From contig CAUWBF010000004.1 in assembly GCA_963557785.1 (NCBI GenBank), positions 36,776 through 100,775 on the forward strand: a stretch of 64,000 bases of DNA, given 5' to 3'. Positions 28,420 through 37,053 of the stretch are shown here, one piece after another. The notes beneath the pieces are model-generated. The model was not told the DNA's origin, ran no database searches, and saw nothing but the letters and a program-made list of their open reading frames with translations. Both the position numbers and the translations under genes were made by a program. The DNA comes from an uncultured Clostridia bacterium. GTDB lineage: Bacteria; Bacillota; Clostridia; TANB77; CAG-508. Each line of letters opens with the position of its first letter. Position 1 is the first letter of the stretch.

Positions 28420-29151
28420 ATGTATAATTTATTAATTGTAGAAGGAGATTTAATTCAGTCTCATTTTTGGGTAAATACTGTATGCAAAGAAATTCAAAAT
28501 GTTAGATTATATAATGTAGTTTCTACTGGTAAAGAAGCAATAGATATGATAAAAAGAAATAAAGTGGATTTAATAATATTGAACTTAGAATTACCAGATA
28601 TGAATGGTTTGGAAATAATTAATTTTATTTCTAAAAATAATATAATTGAATATAAATCATCAATTATAGTTATTACAAATGAAGTTAAATTATTAAGAAA
28701 AACAATTGGAAATAATTATATTTTCGATTATTATTTAAGAACAAATAATATAAATTTTTTAATAACGATTATAAAAAATTTGATAAAACAAAAAGAAAAA
28801 GACTGTTGTATAGGAACAATTGAAAACCAAATAAAAATGGAATTAGAAAATTTGAGATTTAATTTTGCTTATAATGGAACAAAATATCTATATGAATGTA
28901 TATGTGAATGTTATTATAAATCAAGTATTAATCTAAATAAGGATATTTATCCGATTATTTCTAAAAAATATAATAAAACTGTAAATGCTATTAAATCGAG
29001 TATTTTCCAATCGATATCTTTAATGTATTATGAAACAGAAGAACAATTTTTATCGGAATATTTCGGATATACCATAATAAATAAACCTAAAACTAAAGAA
29101 ATTATATTTATAATACTTCAAAAGGTAAAAAATATAGATTTTATTGTGTAG
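28420..29151 (+). CDS. Spo0A-C-domain transcriptional regulator with a pseudo-receiver (Asn at the phospho-acceptor position)
   Basis: Receiver-like N-terminus (LIVEGD ... DLIILNLELPDMNGLE ... IIVITN). The C-terminus resembles the Spo0A effector domain (GTKYLYECI ... IYPIISKKYNKTVNAIKSSI versus Spo0A KGYQYLREAI ... [20 protein letters not shown]). Confidence 0.6.
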   Translation: MYNLLIVEGDLIQSHFWVNTVCKEIQNVRLYNVVSTGKEAIDMIKRNKVDLIILNLELPDMNGLEIINFISKNNIIEYKSSIIVITNEVKLLRKTIGNNYIFDYYLRTNNINFLITIIKNLIKQKEKDCCIGTIENQIKMELENLRFNFAYNGTKYLYECICECYYKSSINLNKDIYPIISKKYNKTVNAIKSSIFQSISLMYYETEEQFLSEYFGYTIINKPKTKEIIFIILQKVKNIDFIV

Positions 29152-29208
29152 AAAATGAAACTTTTTTAACTTTTTTATGCACATAAAAGTAAAGAAAGGA
29201 GAAAAAAT

Positions 29209-29751
29209 ATGAGTACTAAAAAAATATTAAATAAATTTGAACAGATGTATAAAGATACGTATAACAGTACACTTAAATATATTATTTGTAGATGTAGTAA
29301 TCTTGATGATGTAGATGATATTATACAAGAAACTTATTTGGAATTATATAATGCTTTAAAAGAAAAAAGAGATATTTCTAATTATTCAGCATATATTATT
29401 GGTATTGCAAAAAATAAGATAATAAAATATTTTAATAGTCATAAAACATCAAATACTATTTCTATTTTTCAAGAAAAAGATAACGAAGAATTTTCTATAG
29501 ATATTGATTCGGGTATAGATATAGAAACAGACTTTATAACAAAAGAAAATATAGATACTATATGGAATTATATAAAAGAAATAGATATGGATACCGCTAG
29601 AATTTTCTATTTGCATTTTATTAAAGATATGACATTAAAAGAAATCTCGGAAGAAGTAGAAATAAAGGAATCAACTATAAAAAGTTCATTATATAGGATG
29701 ATTAAAAACATAAAGAAAATGTATTTAGGAGGTGAAAGAATTGAAAAATAA
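29209..29751 (+). CDS. Sigma-70 family RNA polymerase sigma factor (ECF-like, regions 2 and 4)
   Basis: 180 aa. Region 2 (DIIQETYLELYN) and a region 4 HTH (MTLKEISEEVEIKESTIKSSLYRM) are present. Confidence 0.8.
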   Translation: MSTKKILNKFEQMYKDTYNSTLKYIICRCSNLDDVDDIIQETYLELYNALKEKRDISNYSAYIIGIAKNKIIKYFNSHKTSNTISIFQEKDNEEFSIDIDSGIDIETDFITKENIDTIWNYIKEIDMDTARIFYLHFIKDMTLKEISEEVEIKESTIKSSLYRMIKNIKKMYLGGERIEK

Positions 29752-30793
29752 TGTAAAGGAATATTTTAATAATAGATATTATAATAAAGAAAACAATTAT
29801 ATTACCATTATGTCTGAAATTAAAAGAAAAGAAAATATAAATAAAAACAAAATACTTAAAGTTGTTGCAACATTACTTATATCAGTAATAGGAACAACAG
29901 GAATAGTTTTGGCTACTGCTCAAATATATAATAATTATATAAAAGAAAAAGGAGAAATAGAATCAAAAGGTTTATTTATGGTAAAAGATGATTTATTTGA
30001 TGGTAATTGGCATATAGATAAATTTACAGAAGATATGCTTCAATCAAAAGAAACAGGATTAAACTATAAAATAATAAAAAATGAAGAAGAATATAGTGAA
30101 TATAAAAAGAGAGTAGACAAATTACCTGAAATTTCAGAGATAGATTTTAACAGTGAATTTTTGATATTTATGACAAATTTTGGACAAGCAAACAATCTTT
30201 ATAAAAGAGATTTAACTATATCAGAAATAAATGCAGATGAGAAAACAACTTATGTAACATTAGTGCCAAAAGAGAATTCGAATTATGATAAAACATCTTT
30301 AGCATTATATGCTATTGTAGATAGGACATTGTTAAGAGATAATGTAAAATTTGAAATAGATACGAGTGCTTTTAAAATAGAAAATATTATATCAATAGAT
30401 AAATTACCAGAAAATTATAGTAAAGAAGAAGCAATAAAAGATGGATGTATGGTAATAGAAAGAGTTAAAGAAGGAGAATTTTTATTAGATGAATACAAAG
30501 TATTATCAGAAAATAAATATGCTTTAGACGAAGTAATTGAAAATGCCGAAAAAGACATTGAATCTTATGTAAGAATATATTTTGATGATAGCCAAGAAAT
30601 CCATATAAGAGATGTGCAATATAAAAATGGAATATTTATAATAACTTCTGGACGTCCAGGAAACAGTAATATTGGCACAGGAACATATAAATATATTATA
30701 AAAGAATATTGGAGAAATAATACTTATTGTTATGGGTTAAGTAATATTAATAGTTCAACGTATACAAATAGTTTAATATATATAACATTTTAA
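29732..30793 (+). CDS. Putative membrane anti-sigma factor (short cytoplasmic N-terminus, one TM helix, large extracytoplasmic domain)
   Basis: Overlaps the sigma gene's stop. The start may be GTG at 29732 or TTG at 29741. One TM helix (ILKVVATLLISVIGTTGIVLA) follows about 40 N-terminal residues. Confidence 0.5.
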   Translation: MKELKNNVKEYFNNRYYNKENNYITIMSEIKRKENINKNKILKVVATLLISVIGTTGIVLATAQIYNNYIKEKGEIESKGLFMVKDDLFDGNWHIDKFTEDMLQSKETGLNYKIIKNEEEYSEYKKRVDKLPEISEIDFNSEFLIFMTNFGQANNLYKRDLTISEINADEKTTYVTLVPKENSNYDKTSLALYAIVDRTLLRDNVKFEIDTSAFKIENIISIDKLPENYSKEEAIKDGCMVIERVKEGEFLLDEYKVLSENKYALDEVIENAEKDIESYVRIYFDDSQEIHIRDVQYKNGIFIITSGRPGNSNIGTGTYKYIIKEYWRNNTYCYGLSNINSSTYTNSLIYITF

Positions 30794-30850
30794 ATACATT
30801 ATATAAATCAGAGAATATAAAAAAAGTGGTAAACAATATTGAAAAAAGAA

Positions 30851-30887
30851 AATAGCCTATATCTATTGATATAAGCTATTTTTTGAT
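30851..30887. terminator. Terminator hairpin (ATAGCCTATATC ... GATATAAGCTAT with T-run)
   Basis: Near-perfect inverted repeat followed by TTTTTT, between the anti-sigma gene and tRNA-fMet. Confidence 0.45.
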
Positions 30888-30895
30888 TCTTTATT

Positions 30896-30971
30896 TGGTT
30901 GCGGGGGGTAGACTCGAACTACCGACCTTTGGGTTATGAGCCCAACGAGCTGCCAACTGCTCCACCCCGCG
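30896..30971 (-). tRNA. Initiator tRNA-fMet (anticodon CAU)
   Basis: The reverse complement reads CGCGGGGTGGAGCAG ... GGGCTCATAACCC ... CCCCCGCAACCA. It has a C1:A72 mismatch, three consecutive G:C pairs in the anticodon stem and a CAU anticodon. The ends may be off by 1 nt. Confidence 0.85.
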
Positions 30972-31169
30972 ATATGTTAACAGATATTATTATACATCGT
31001 TTATATTGAAGTTGTCAATATATTTAGGTAAATTAATGATAATAAATTCGATTATATTAAATATTATATTCAACCGATGGATAAAATATGAATAAATAAT
31101 AAAAAAATTCACAAATAATATTGAATGAAATAAAAATAAATGTTAAACTAAAAATAAATATGAAAAGGA

Positions 31170-31871
31170 GTGAAGCAAATGAAAAAGATAGTAAGTTCAT
31201 TACTAGTAAGTATAATTATTATGATGAGTTGTATTATATCAAATGCAGCCAATGTAGCAAATTTAACATTTACATCTAATTCAACTTCCGTTGATGTGGG
31301 TTCTGAAATAACTGTGTACTTAGAAGTAAATAGTTTGTCAGGAATTAGTGAATTATATGGAGTAGCAGGAGTATTAGATTATGATAGAGATACTTTTGAA
31401 CTAGTAAGTGTTACAACAGAAAATGGTTGGCAAAAGACAACAGGAAATATAATGTCATTAATACATTCAGATGGTGTAACTTCTGGTAAAATAATAAAAG
31501 TTGTATTAAAAGCATTAAAGAAACCAGAAAATGGTGCTTCTGCACTAACATTAACACAAGTAAGTGTTGTAGACTTAGACGATGAATATGAACAAGGAGA
31601 TGTAACTTATACAATAAATGTAAAAGAAAATGTAGTTAATCCACCAGCTGAAGAACAACAACCAGAAACAAATACAAGTGAAGATAAAAATACAACAAAT
31701 CAAGGAACAACAAATCAAACACAAAATGGAATACAAAATAACGATACTACAACTTCAAAAGTTAAATTACCTGCAACAGGATTAGATTTAACATTAGCAA
31801 TCCTTATAGCTCTAGCAGTTATTATAGGAGTAGCGTCTTTAATAAGATACAAAAAAATTAAATTAAAATAG
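31170..31871 (+). CDS. LPXTG-anchored cell-surface protein with a cohesin-like domain
   Basis: A signal peptide is followed by a beta-rich cohesin-like region and a Thr/Asn/Gln-rich linker. The C-terminus has an LPATG sorting motif, a hydrophobic helix and an RYKK basic tail. Confidence 0.65.
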   Translation: MKQMKKIVSSLLVSIIIMMSCIISNAANVANLTFTSNSTSVDVGSEITVYLEVNSLSGISELYGVAGVLDYDRDTFELVSVTTENGWQKTTGNIMSLIHSDGVTSGKIIKVVLKALKKPENGASALTLTQVSVVDLDDEYEQGDVTYTINVKENVVNPPAEEQQPETNTSEDKNTTNQGTTNQTQNGIQNNDTTTSKVKLPATGLDLTLAILIALAVIIGVASLIRYKKIKLK

Positions 31872-31882
31872 GAAAAAAATTA

Positions 31883-31914
31883 AAAACCTCTTAGTTTATC
31901 TAAGAGGTTTTTTG
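31883..31914 (+). terminator. Rho-independent terminator (AAAACCTCTTAG ... CTAAGAGGTTTTTT)
   Basis: Perfect stem followed by a T-run after the LPXTG gene. Confidence 0.55.
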
Positions 31915-32013
31915 TCGTTTTATAGTGTATGAATATTGTTGAAAATGAGTAATAAATAATATAAAATTATTATATTATTTCTAAAATATTTTAAATCAAA
32001 AAGTTTTTTTCGG

Positions 32014-33562
32014 ATGGTGATTTATTTGTTATCTATAATAAAAAGTATGTCTATAAATGGTTTAAGTGGGTATTTAATTAATGTACAAGTAGATATATCT
32101 CAAGGAATTCCATGCTGGGAAATAGTAGGTCTTGCAGATACAAGTATTAAAGAGTCAAAAGAAAGAGTTAGAGTAGCTATAAAAAATTCTGGATATGAAA
32201 TATATAGTAAAAAAATAATTATAAATTTAGCACCGGCAAATACAAGAAAAGAAGGCTCATTTTTAGATTTACCAATAGCAATAGGAATACTTATAAATTT
32301 AAATAAAATTATCAATAGAAATTTAGATGATACAGTTTTTTTAGGTGAATTATCGTTTAATGGTAAAGTAAATAAAATAAATGGAATTCTGCCAATATGT
32401 TTAGAAGCTAAGAAAATAGGAATTAAAAATATTGTAATTCCAATAGAAAATGTTAAAGAAGCTTCTATAGTTGAAGGGATAAAAATAATAGGAGTATCTT
32501 CATTAGAAGATGCAATAAACTATATAAATAATAATAAAAACTTAAAAACTGAAAAAATAGATCATAATTGTATAAATCAAGTAACGTATAATATAGATTT
32601 TTCTGATGTTAAGGGGCAAGAAAGTGCAAAACGAGCATTAGAAATAGCAGCAGGAGGGGGACACAATTGCTTACTAATAGGACCACCTGGTTCACGGTAA
32701 AACTATGTTAGCAAAAAGATTTGTAACAATTCTTCCAGATATGACTTTTGAAGAATCAATGGAGACTATGAAAATACATAGTATAGCAGGAATATTATCA
32801 AATGAAAATCCAATTATTATTAATAGACCGTTTAGGGCACCTCATCATACTATTTCAAAGTCTGCATTAATAGGAGGAGGAAAAATTCCAAAACCAGGTG
32901 AAATTAGTCTTGCACATAATGGAGTATTATTCTTAGATGAATTAACAGAATTTGATAAAGCTACTATAGAAGTATTAAGAGAGCCACTAGAAGAAAAAAG
33001 TATAAATATTAATAGAATTTCAGGAAATTATAAGTTTCCATCTAATTTTATATTTATTGCATCTACTAATCCATGTCCATGTGGATATTTTGGGTCAAAT
33101 AAAAGAAAATGTAAATGTACAAAAAATGCAGTAAATAGGTATTTAAGCAAGATAAGTGGGCCACTACTAGATAGAATAGATTTACATATAGAAGTTAATG
33201 AATTAGATTATGAAAAAATAGAAGATAATAATATTATGGAAACTTCACGACAATTAAAAAATAGAGTAAATAGTGCAAGAAATATACAGAGAATAAGATA
33301 CCAAAATGAAACAATTTCTTCAAACTCTGAACTTACTCCTAAGCTAATTTCAAAGTATTGTGAATTAAATTTAGAAAGTAAAAAAATGATAAAAAATTCA
33401 TTTGAAAAATTGAATTTAAGTGCAAGAGCATATTATAAAATAATAAAAATAGCAAGAACTATAGCTGACTTAGAAGGAAAAGAAAATATTAATAAATTTC
33501 ATATAGCAGAAGCAATTCAATATAGAAGTTTAGATAAAAAATATTGGGAGAGGGAGGAATAA
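32014..33562 (+). pseudogene. comM: Competence/Mg-chelatase-like AAA ATPase ComM (YifB family), interrupted by a +1 frameshift inside the Walker A motif
   Basis: The 228 aa N-terminal ORF ends ...LLIGPPGSR*. The next frame continues MLAKRF..., so the expected sequence GPPGSGKTML is split by an extra C in ggttcaCggtaaaact at about 32690-32700. The two parts sum to a YifB-length protein (about 513 aa). Confidence 0.7.
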
Positions 33563-33563
33563 T

Positions 33564-34472
33564 ATTATTAAATTTAAAATAGATAATAAAGTATTTGATG
33601 TATTTGAAATTAAAAATACTAATATAAATTTTCCAAAAAGATTATTAAATATAAAAAAATGTCCAAGTAAATTATATGTTATTGGTAATCAAAAATTATT
33701 AAATAATTTTTCAATTTCAATAGTAGGTTCAAGAAAATGTACAAAATATGGTTTAGAAAAAACAAAAGAAATCGCAAAGGATTTATCAAAAAGTGGAGTT
33801 ACCATTGTAAGTGGATTAGCTATAGGAATAGATTCTTTTGCACATTTATATTCTATGAATGAGATAGGAAGAACAATTGCAGTATTAGGAAGTGGTTTTA
33901 ACAATATATATCCAAAAGAAAATAAAAAATTATTTTTTGAAATATTAGAGAATAATGGCTGTATAATTACCGAATATAATTTTAATGAACCAATATCAAC
34001 TAAAAATTTCCCAATAAGAAATAGGATAATAAGTGGAATTTCAGTAGGAACGTTAGTGGTAGAAGCAATGAAAAAAAGTGGGAGTAATATAACAGCGAAA
34101 TACTCTATAGAACAGGATAAAAAATTATTCTGTATACCGAATTCAGTTGATATAAAACAAGCAGAAGGTACAAATGAACTAATTAGAAAAGGGGCAATAT
34201 TAACTAGAGATTATCAAGACATATTAGATGAATATTTACCAATAAATAATTCTAATAATTTTAGAAAAAATAAAAAAGTTGCAAAAATTATAATACCAAA
34301 TGAATATATTGAAATTTATGAAAAAATTAATTATATTCCAATAAATATAAATGAATTATATAGAAAGTTGAATATAAAAAATATATCTTATTTAAATCAA
34401 ATTTTATATATGATGGAAATAGATGAATACATTGAAAAATTACCTGGTAATAATTATATTAGAAAAAATTAA
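33564..34472 (+). CDS. dprA: DNA-processing protein DprA (Smf), probably using a non-AUG start (ATT at 33564) coupled to the comM stop
   Basis: A conserved DprA Rossmann core (SISIVGSRKCTKYG ... VSGLAIGIDSFAH ... TIAVLGSG ... FPIRNRIISG) is encoded upstream of the first ATG at 33855. No ATG, GTG or TTG occurs in frame between the stop at 33531 and 33855. GGAGG at 33553-33557 precedes the ATT at 33564. Confidence 0.75.
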   Translation: MIKFKIDNKVFDVFEIKNTNINFPKRLLNIKKCPSKLYVIGNQKLLNNFSISIVGSRKCTKYGLEKTKEIAKDLSKSGVTIVSGLAIGIDSFAHLYSMNEIGRTIAVLGSGFNNIYPKENKKLFFEILENNGCIITEYNFNEPISTKNFPIRNRIISGISVGTLVVEAMKKSGSNITAKYSIEQDKKLFCIPNSVDIKQAEGTNELIRKGAILTRDYQDILDEYLPINNSNNFRKNKKVAKIIIPNEYIEIYEKINYIPININELYRKLNIKNISYLNQILYMMEIDEYIEKLPGNNYIRKN

Positions 34473-34483
34473 TAGGAGGTCAA

Positions 34484-34843
34484 ATGTATCATAATTATGA
34501 AATAGGATTATTAGGAGAAAAAATTTCAAAAGAATATTTAAATAAAAATAATTATATTGTTATAGATAAAAACTTTAGAGTTAAACATGGAGAAATTGAT
34601 TTAATTTCTATTGATAAAAATACCAATGAATTAGTATTTTTAGAAGTAAAAACTAGAACCAATTTTAAATATGGAAGAGGTATAGAAGCAATTAATTATA
34701 GAAAAGTGAATCGTATAAAAAATGCAGCAAGAATATATATTTATATAAATAAATATGAAAACAGAAATATAAGGTTTGATGCAATAGAATTATATATAAT
34801 TAATAATAAATTTAAAATTAATCATATAAAGAATGCATTTTAA
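34484..34843 (+). CDS. yraN: YraN-family (UPF0102) endonuclease-like protein
   Basis: GE ... YL ... GEIDLIS ... LVFLEVKTR ... RFDAIEL pattern, 119 aa. Confidence 0.8.
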   Translation: MYHNYEIGLLGEKISKEYLNKNNYIVIDKNFRVKHGEIDLISIDKNTNELVFLEVKTRTNFKYGRGIEAINYRKVNRIKNAARIYIYINKYENRNIRFDAIELYIINNKFKINHIKNAF

Positions 34844-34876
34844 AATAGAAGAAGTAATTACTTCTTCTATTTTATT
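34844..34876. terminator. Bidirectional terminator (AAAATAGAAGAAGTAATTACTTCTTCTATTTT)
   Basis: Perfect palindrome between convergent yraN and comEA. Confidence 0.5.
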
Positions 34877-35553
34877 GTTATGTAATTTTTAATATTTTCA
34901 AACTTTGAATCACCAATTCCACTTACATTTTTAATATCTTCAATAGTATAAAATTTCCCATTTTCATTTCTATATTCAATAATTTTTAATGCAGTGGAAG
35001 GACCAATTCCTGGTATTGTTTCTAATTCAGTTTGAGTTGCAGAATTAATGTTTATTAAATCAGATTTTTTTGAATTATTTTTTGAATAAGAATTATCTTC
35101 TAAAATAATATTTTTCCCAGCATCAGAAGAAATACAATTTTCTTCAAAATATATATTGCTAGTAGTATTGTCATTTATGAATGGAATATATATCTTTTGA
35201 CCATCATCAAGTTTATATGCAAGATTTATAGAATTAATATCGGCATCAGAGGTAAAACCTCCAGCACTATTAATTGCATCTGATATTCTAGATTCAAATG
35301 CAAGTTTTACAATTCCGGGATTATTTATTGCTCCCGTAATATGAACAATAATATAATCAGTATCATTAATACTATCAGATATGATATTATTTGTAATTAA
35401 ATTATTCTCAATACTATTTTCAAGAATATTTTCTGAATCTATGGACTCATAATTGGAGTTATAAACTCTAAAAAAATATATAATTATAACTAAAATCATA
35501 AATAAAATAATAGATATAAAAATTAAAATTTGTTTTTTATTTGAATTAATCAT
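34867..35553 (-). CDS. comEA: Competence protein ComEA (SLBB plus helix-hairpin-helix DNA-binding domains)
   Basis: N-terminal TM helix, an SLBB-like middle region and a C-terminal tandem HhH (ININSATQTELETIPGIGPSTALKIIEYR ... GIGDSKFENIK). Confidence 0.85.
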   Translation of the reverse strand: MINSNKKQILIFISIILFMILVIIIYFFRVYNSNYESIDSENILENSIENNLITNNIISDSINDTDYIIVHITGAINNPGIVKLAFESRISDAINSAGGFTSDADINSINLAYKLDDGQKIYIPFINDNTTSNIYFEENCISSDAGKNIILEDNSYSKNNSKKSDLININSATQTELETIPGIGPSTALKIIEYRNENGKFYTIEDIKNVSGIGDSKFENIKNYITIK

Positions 35554-35663
35554 ATAAATTACCTCCGTAAAAATTTACTTAATAAAACTTTGTAAAAAAT
35601 GATTGAAATTTGTTGAATTTTGGGATATTATATCGATAGAAATTTATTGCAAGGAGAAAAATT

Positions 35664-36962
35664 ATGCGAGTGAAAAAAATACTAATTTGTGTGATAATGA
35701 GTTTAATATTAATTTTGTTTGAGATACCTACATCCGTATATGCAGCAGAATCAAATGATATAAATATTGATATAGGGAGTAGTTCATGTATATTAATAGA
35801 AAGTAAAACAGGCAGAATATTATATGAAAAAGATGCATACTCAAAATATTATCCAGCAAGTACTACAAAAATAATGACGGCATTACTTACTCTAGAAAAT
35901 GTGTCAGACCTAAAGGAAGTTGCTACTGTAAGCTACAATTCTGTATTTACTGTACCATCAGGTTATTCTACAGATTTACTTAAAGTAGGAGAGGAATTAA
36001 CTATAGAAGATTTATTATATGCTTTACTAGTAAAATCATCAAATGAAGCAGCAAATGTTTTAGCAGAACATATATCAGGAAATGTAGAAAGTTTTGCAAC
36101 AATGATGAATACAAGAGCTGTAGAACTAGGATGTAAAAATACACATTTTGTAAATCCTAATGGAATACATAATGAAAATCATTATACAACATCTTATGAT
36201 TTATCTTTAATAACTAAAGAAGCAATGAAAAATGAAACATTTAGAAAGATAGTTTCAACAGCTTCTTATACATTACCAAGTACAAATAAATATGATAGAA
36301 TTGATAGAAATTTAATTACGACAAATGATATTATAAGAAAAAGCAGTAAATATTATTATGAATATGCAATAGGAATAAAAACAGGATATACAACTCCTGC
36401 AAAAAATTGTTTAGTAGCGGGAGCAAATAAAGATGGAGTAGAATTAATATTAGTCTTATTACATGCAGATAAACTAAATAGTAATAGAGAAAGTGTTAGA
36501 GATATAGATGCTAAAAATTTATTTGAGTATGTATATAACAATTTTTCTGAAAAAACGATAGTAGATGCAAATGGAGCAGTAGATACAATAAAAGTAAAAA
36601 ATGCAACAAGTAAAACTAAAAATCTTAGATTGTTAGCAGAAAATAAAATAGAAGCTTTAGTTACAAATGATAAATTAAAAACTGCTGAAACTCCAGAGAT
36701 AGTTTTAAATGAAAACATAAAAGCACCAATAAAACAAGGTGATATATTAGGAACAATAAAATATAACATAGATGGAATAGCATATGAAACAAATTTAATT
36801 GCAGCAAATGATGTTGAAAAATCTTATACAGCAGTAATAATAATTATTATTTTAATAATATTAGTTTTATTTTATTTATATTCTAAGAATAATAAGAAAA
36901 AAATAAATAGAAGAAGAAAAAGAAGAAAAAATTATTCTAACAATAAATATTATAGATATTAA
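35664..36962 (+). CDS. D-alanyl-D-alanine carboxypeptidase (S11 family, DacB/DacF-like)
   Basis: Signal peptide, SxxK (ASTTK), SxN (SSN) and KTG (KTGYT) motifs, and a C-terminal TM anchor. Confidence 0.85.
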   Translation: MRVKKILICVIMSLILILFEIPTSVYAAESNDINIDIGSSSCILIESKTGRILYEKDAYSKYYPASTTKIMTALLTLENVSDLKEVATVSYNSVFTVPSGYSTDLLKVGEELTIEDLLYALLVKSSNEAANVLAEHISGNVESFATMMNTRAVELGCKNTHFVNPNGIHNENHYTTSYDLSLITKEAMKNETFRKIVSTASYTLPSTNKYDRIDRNLITTNDIIRKSSKYYYEYAIGIKTGYTTPAKNCLVAGANKDGVELILVLLHADKLNSNRESVRDIDAKNLFEYVYNNFSEKTIVDANGAVDTIKVKNATSKTKNLRLLAENKIEALVTNDKLKTAETPEIVLNENIKAPIKQGDILGTIKYNIDGIAYETNLIAANDVEKSYTAVIIIIILIILVLFYLYSKNNKKKINRRRKRRKNYSNNKYYRY

Positions 36963-36967
36963 AATAG

Positions 36968-37003
36968 AAGAATAAAAAATATGACAGATTATAAATCTGT
37001 CAT
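36968..37003. terminator. Terminator hairpin (ATATGACAGATTTATAAATCTGTCATAT)
   Basis: Perfect palindrome with flanking A/T runs between convergent genes. Confidence 0.5.
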
Positions 37004-37053
37004 ATTTATTTTATTAAATAAAATCTATTTTGTAAACCATAAAATCAAAAATT

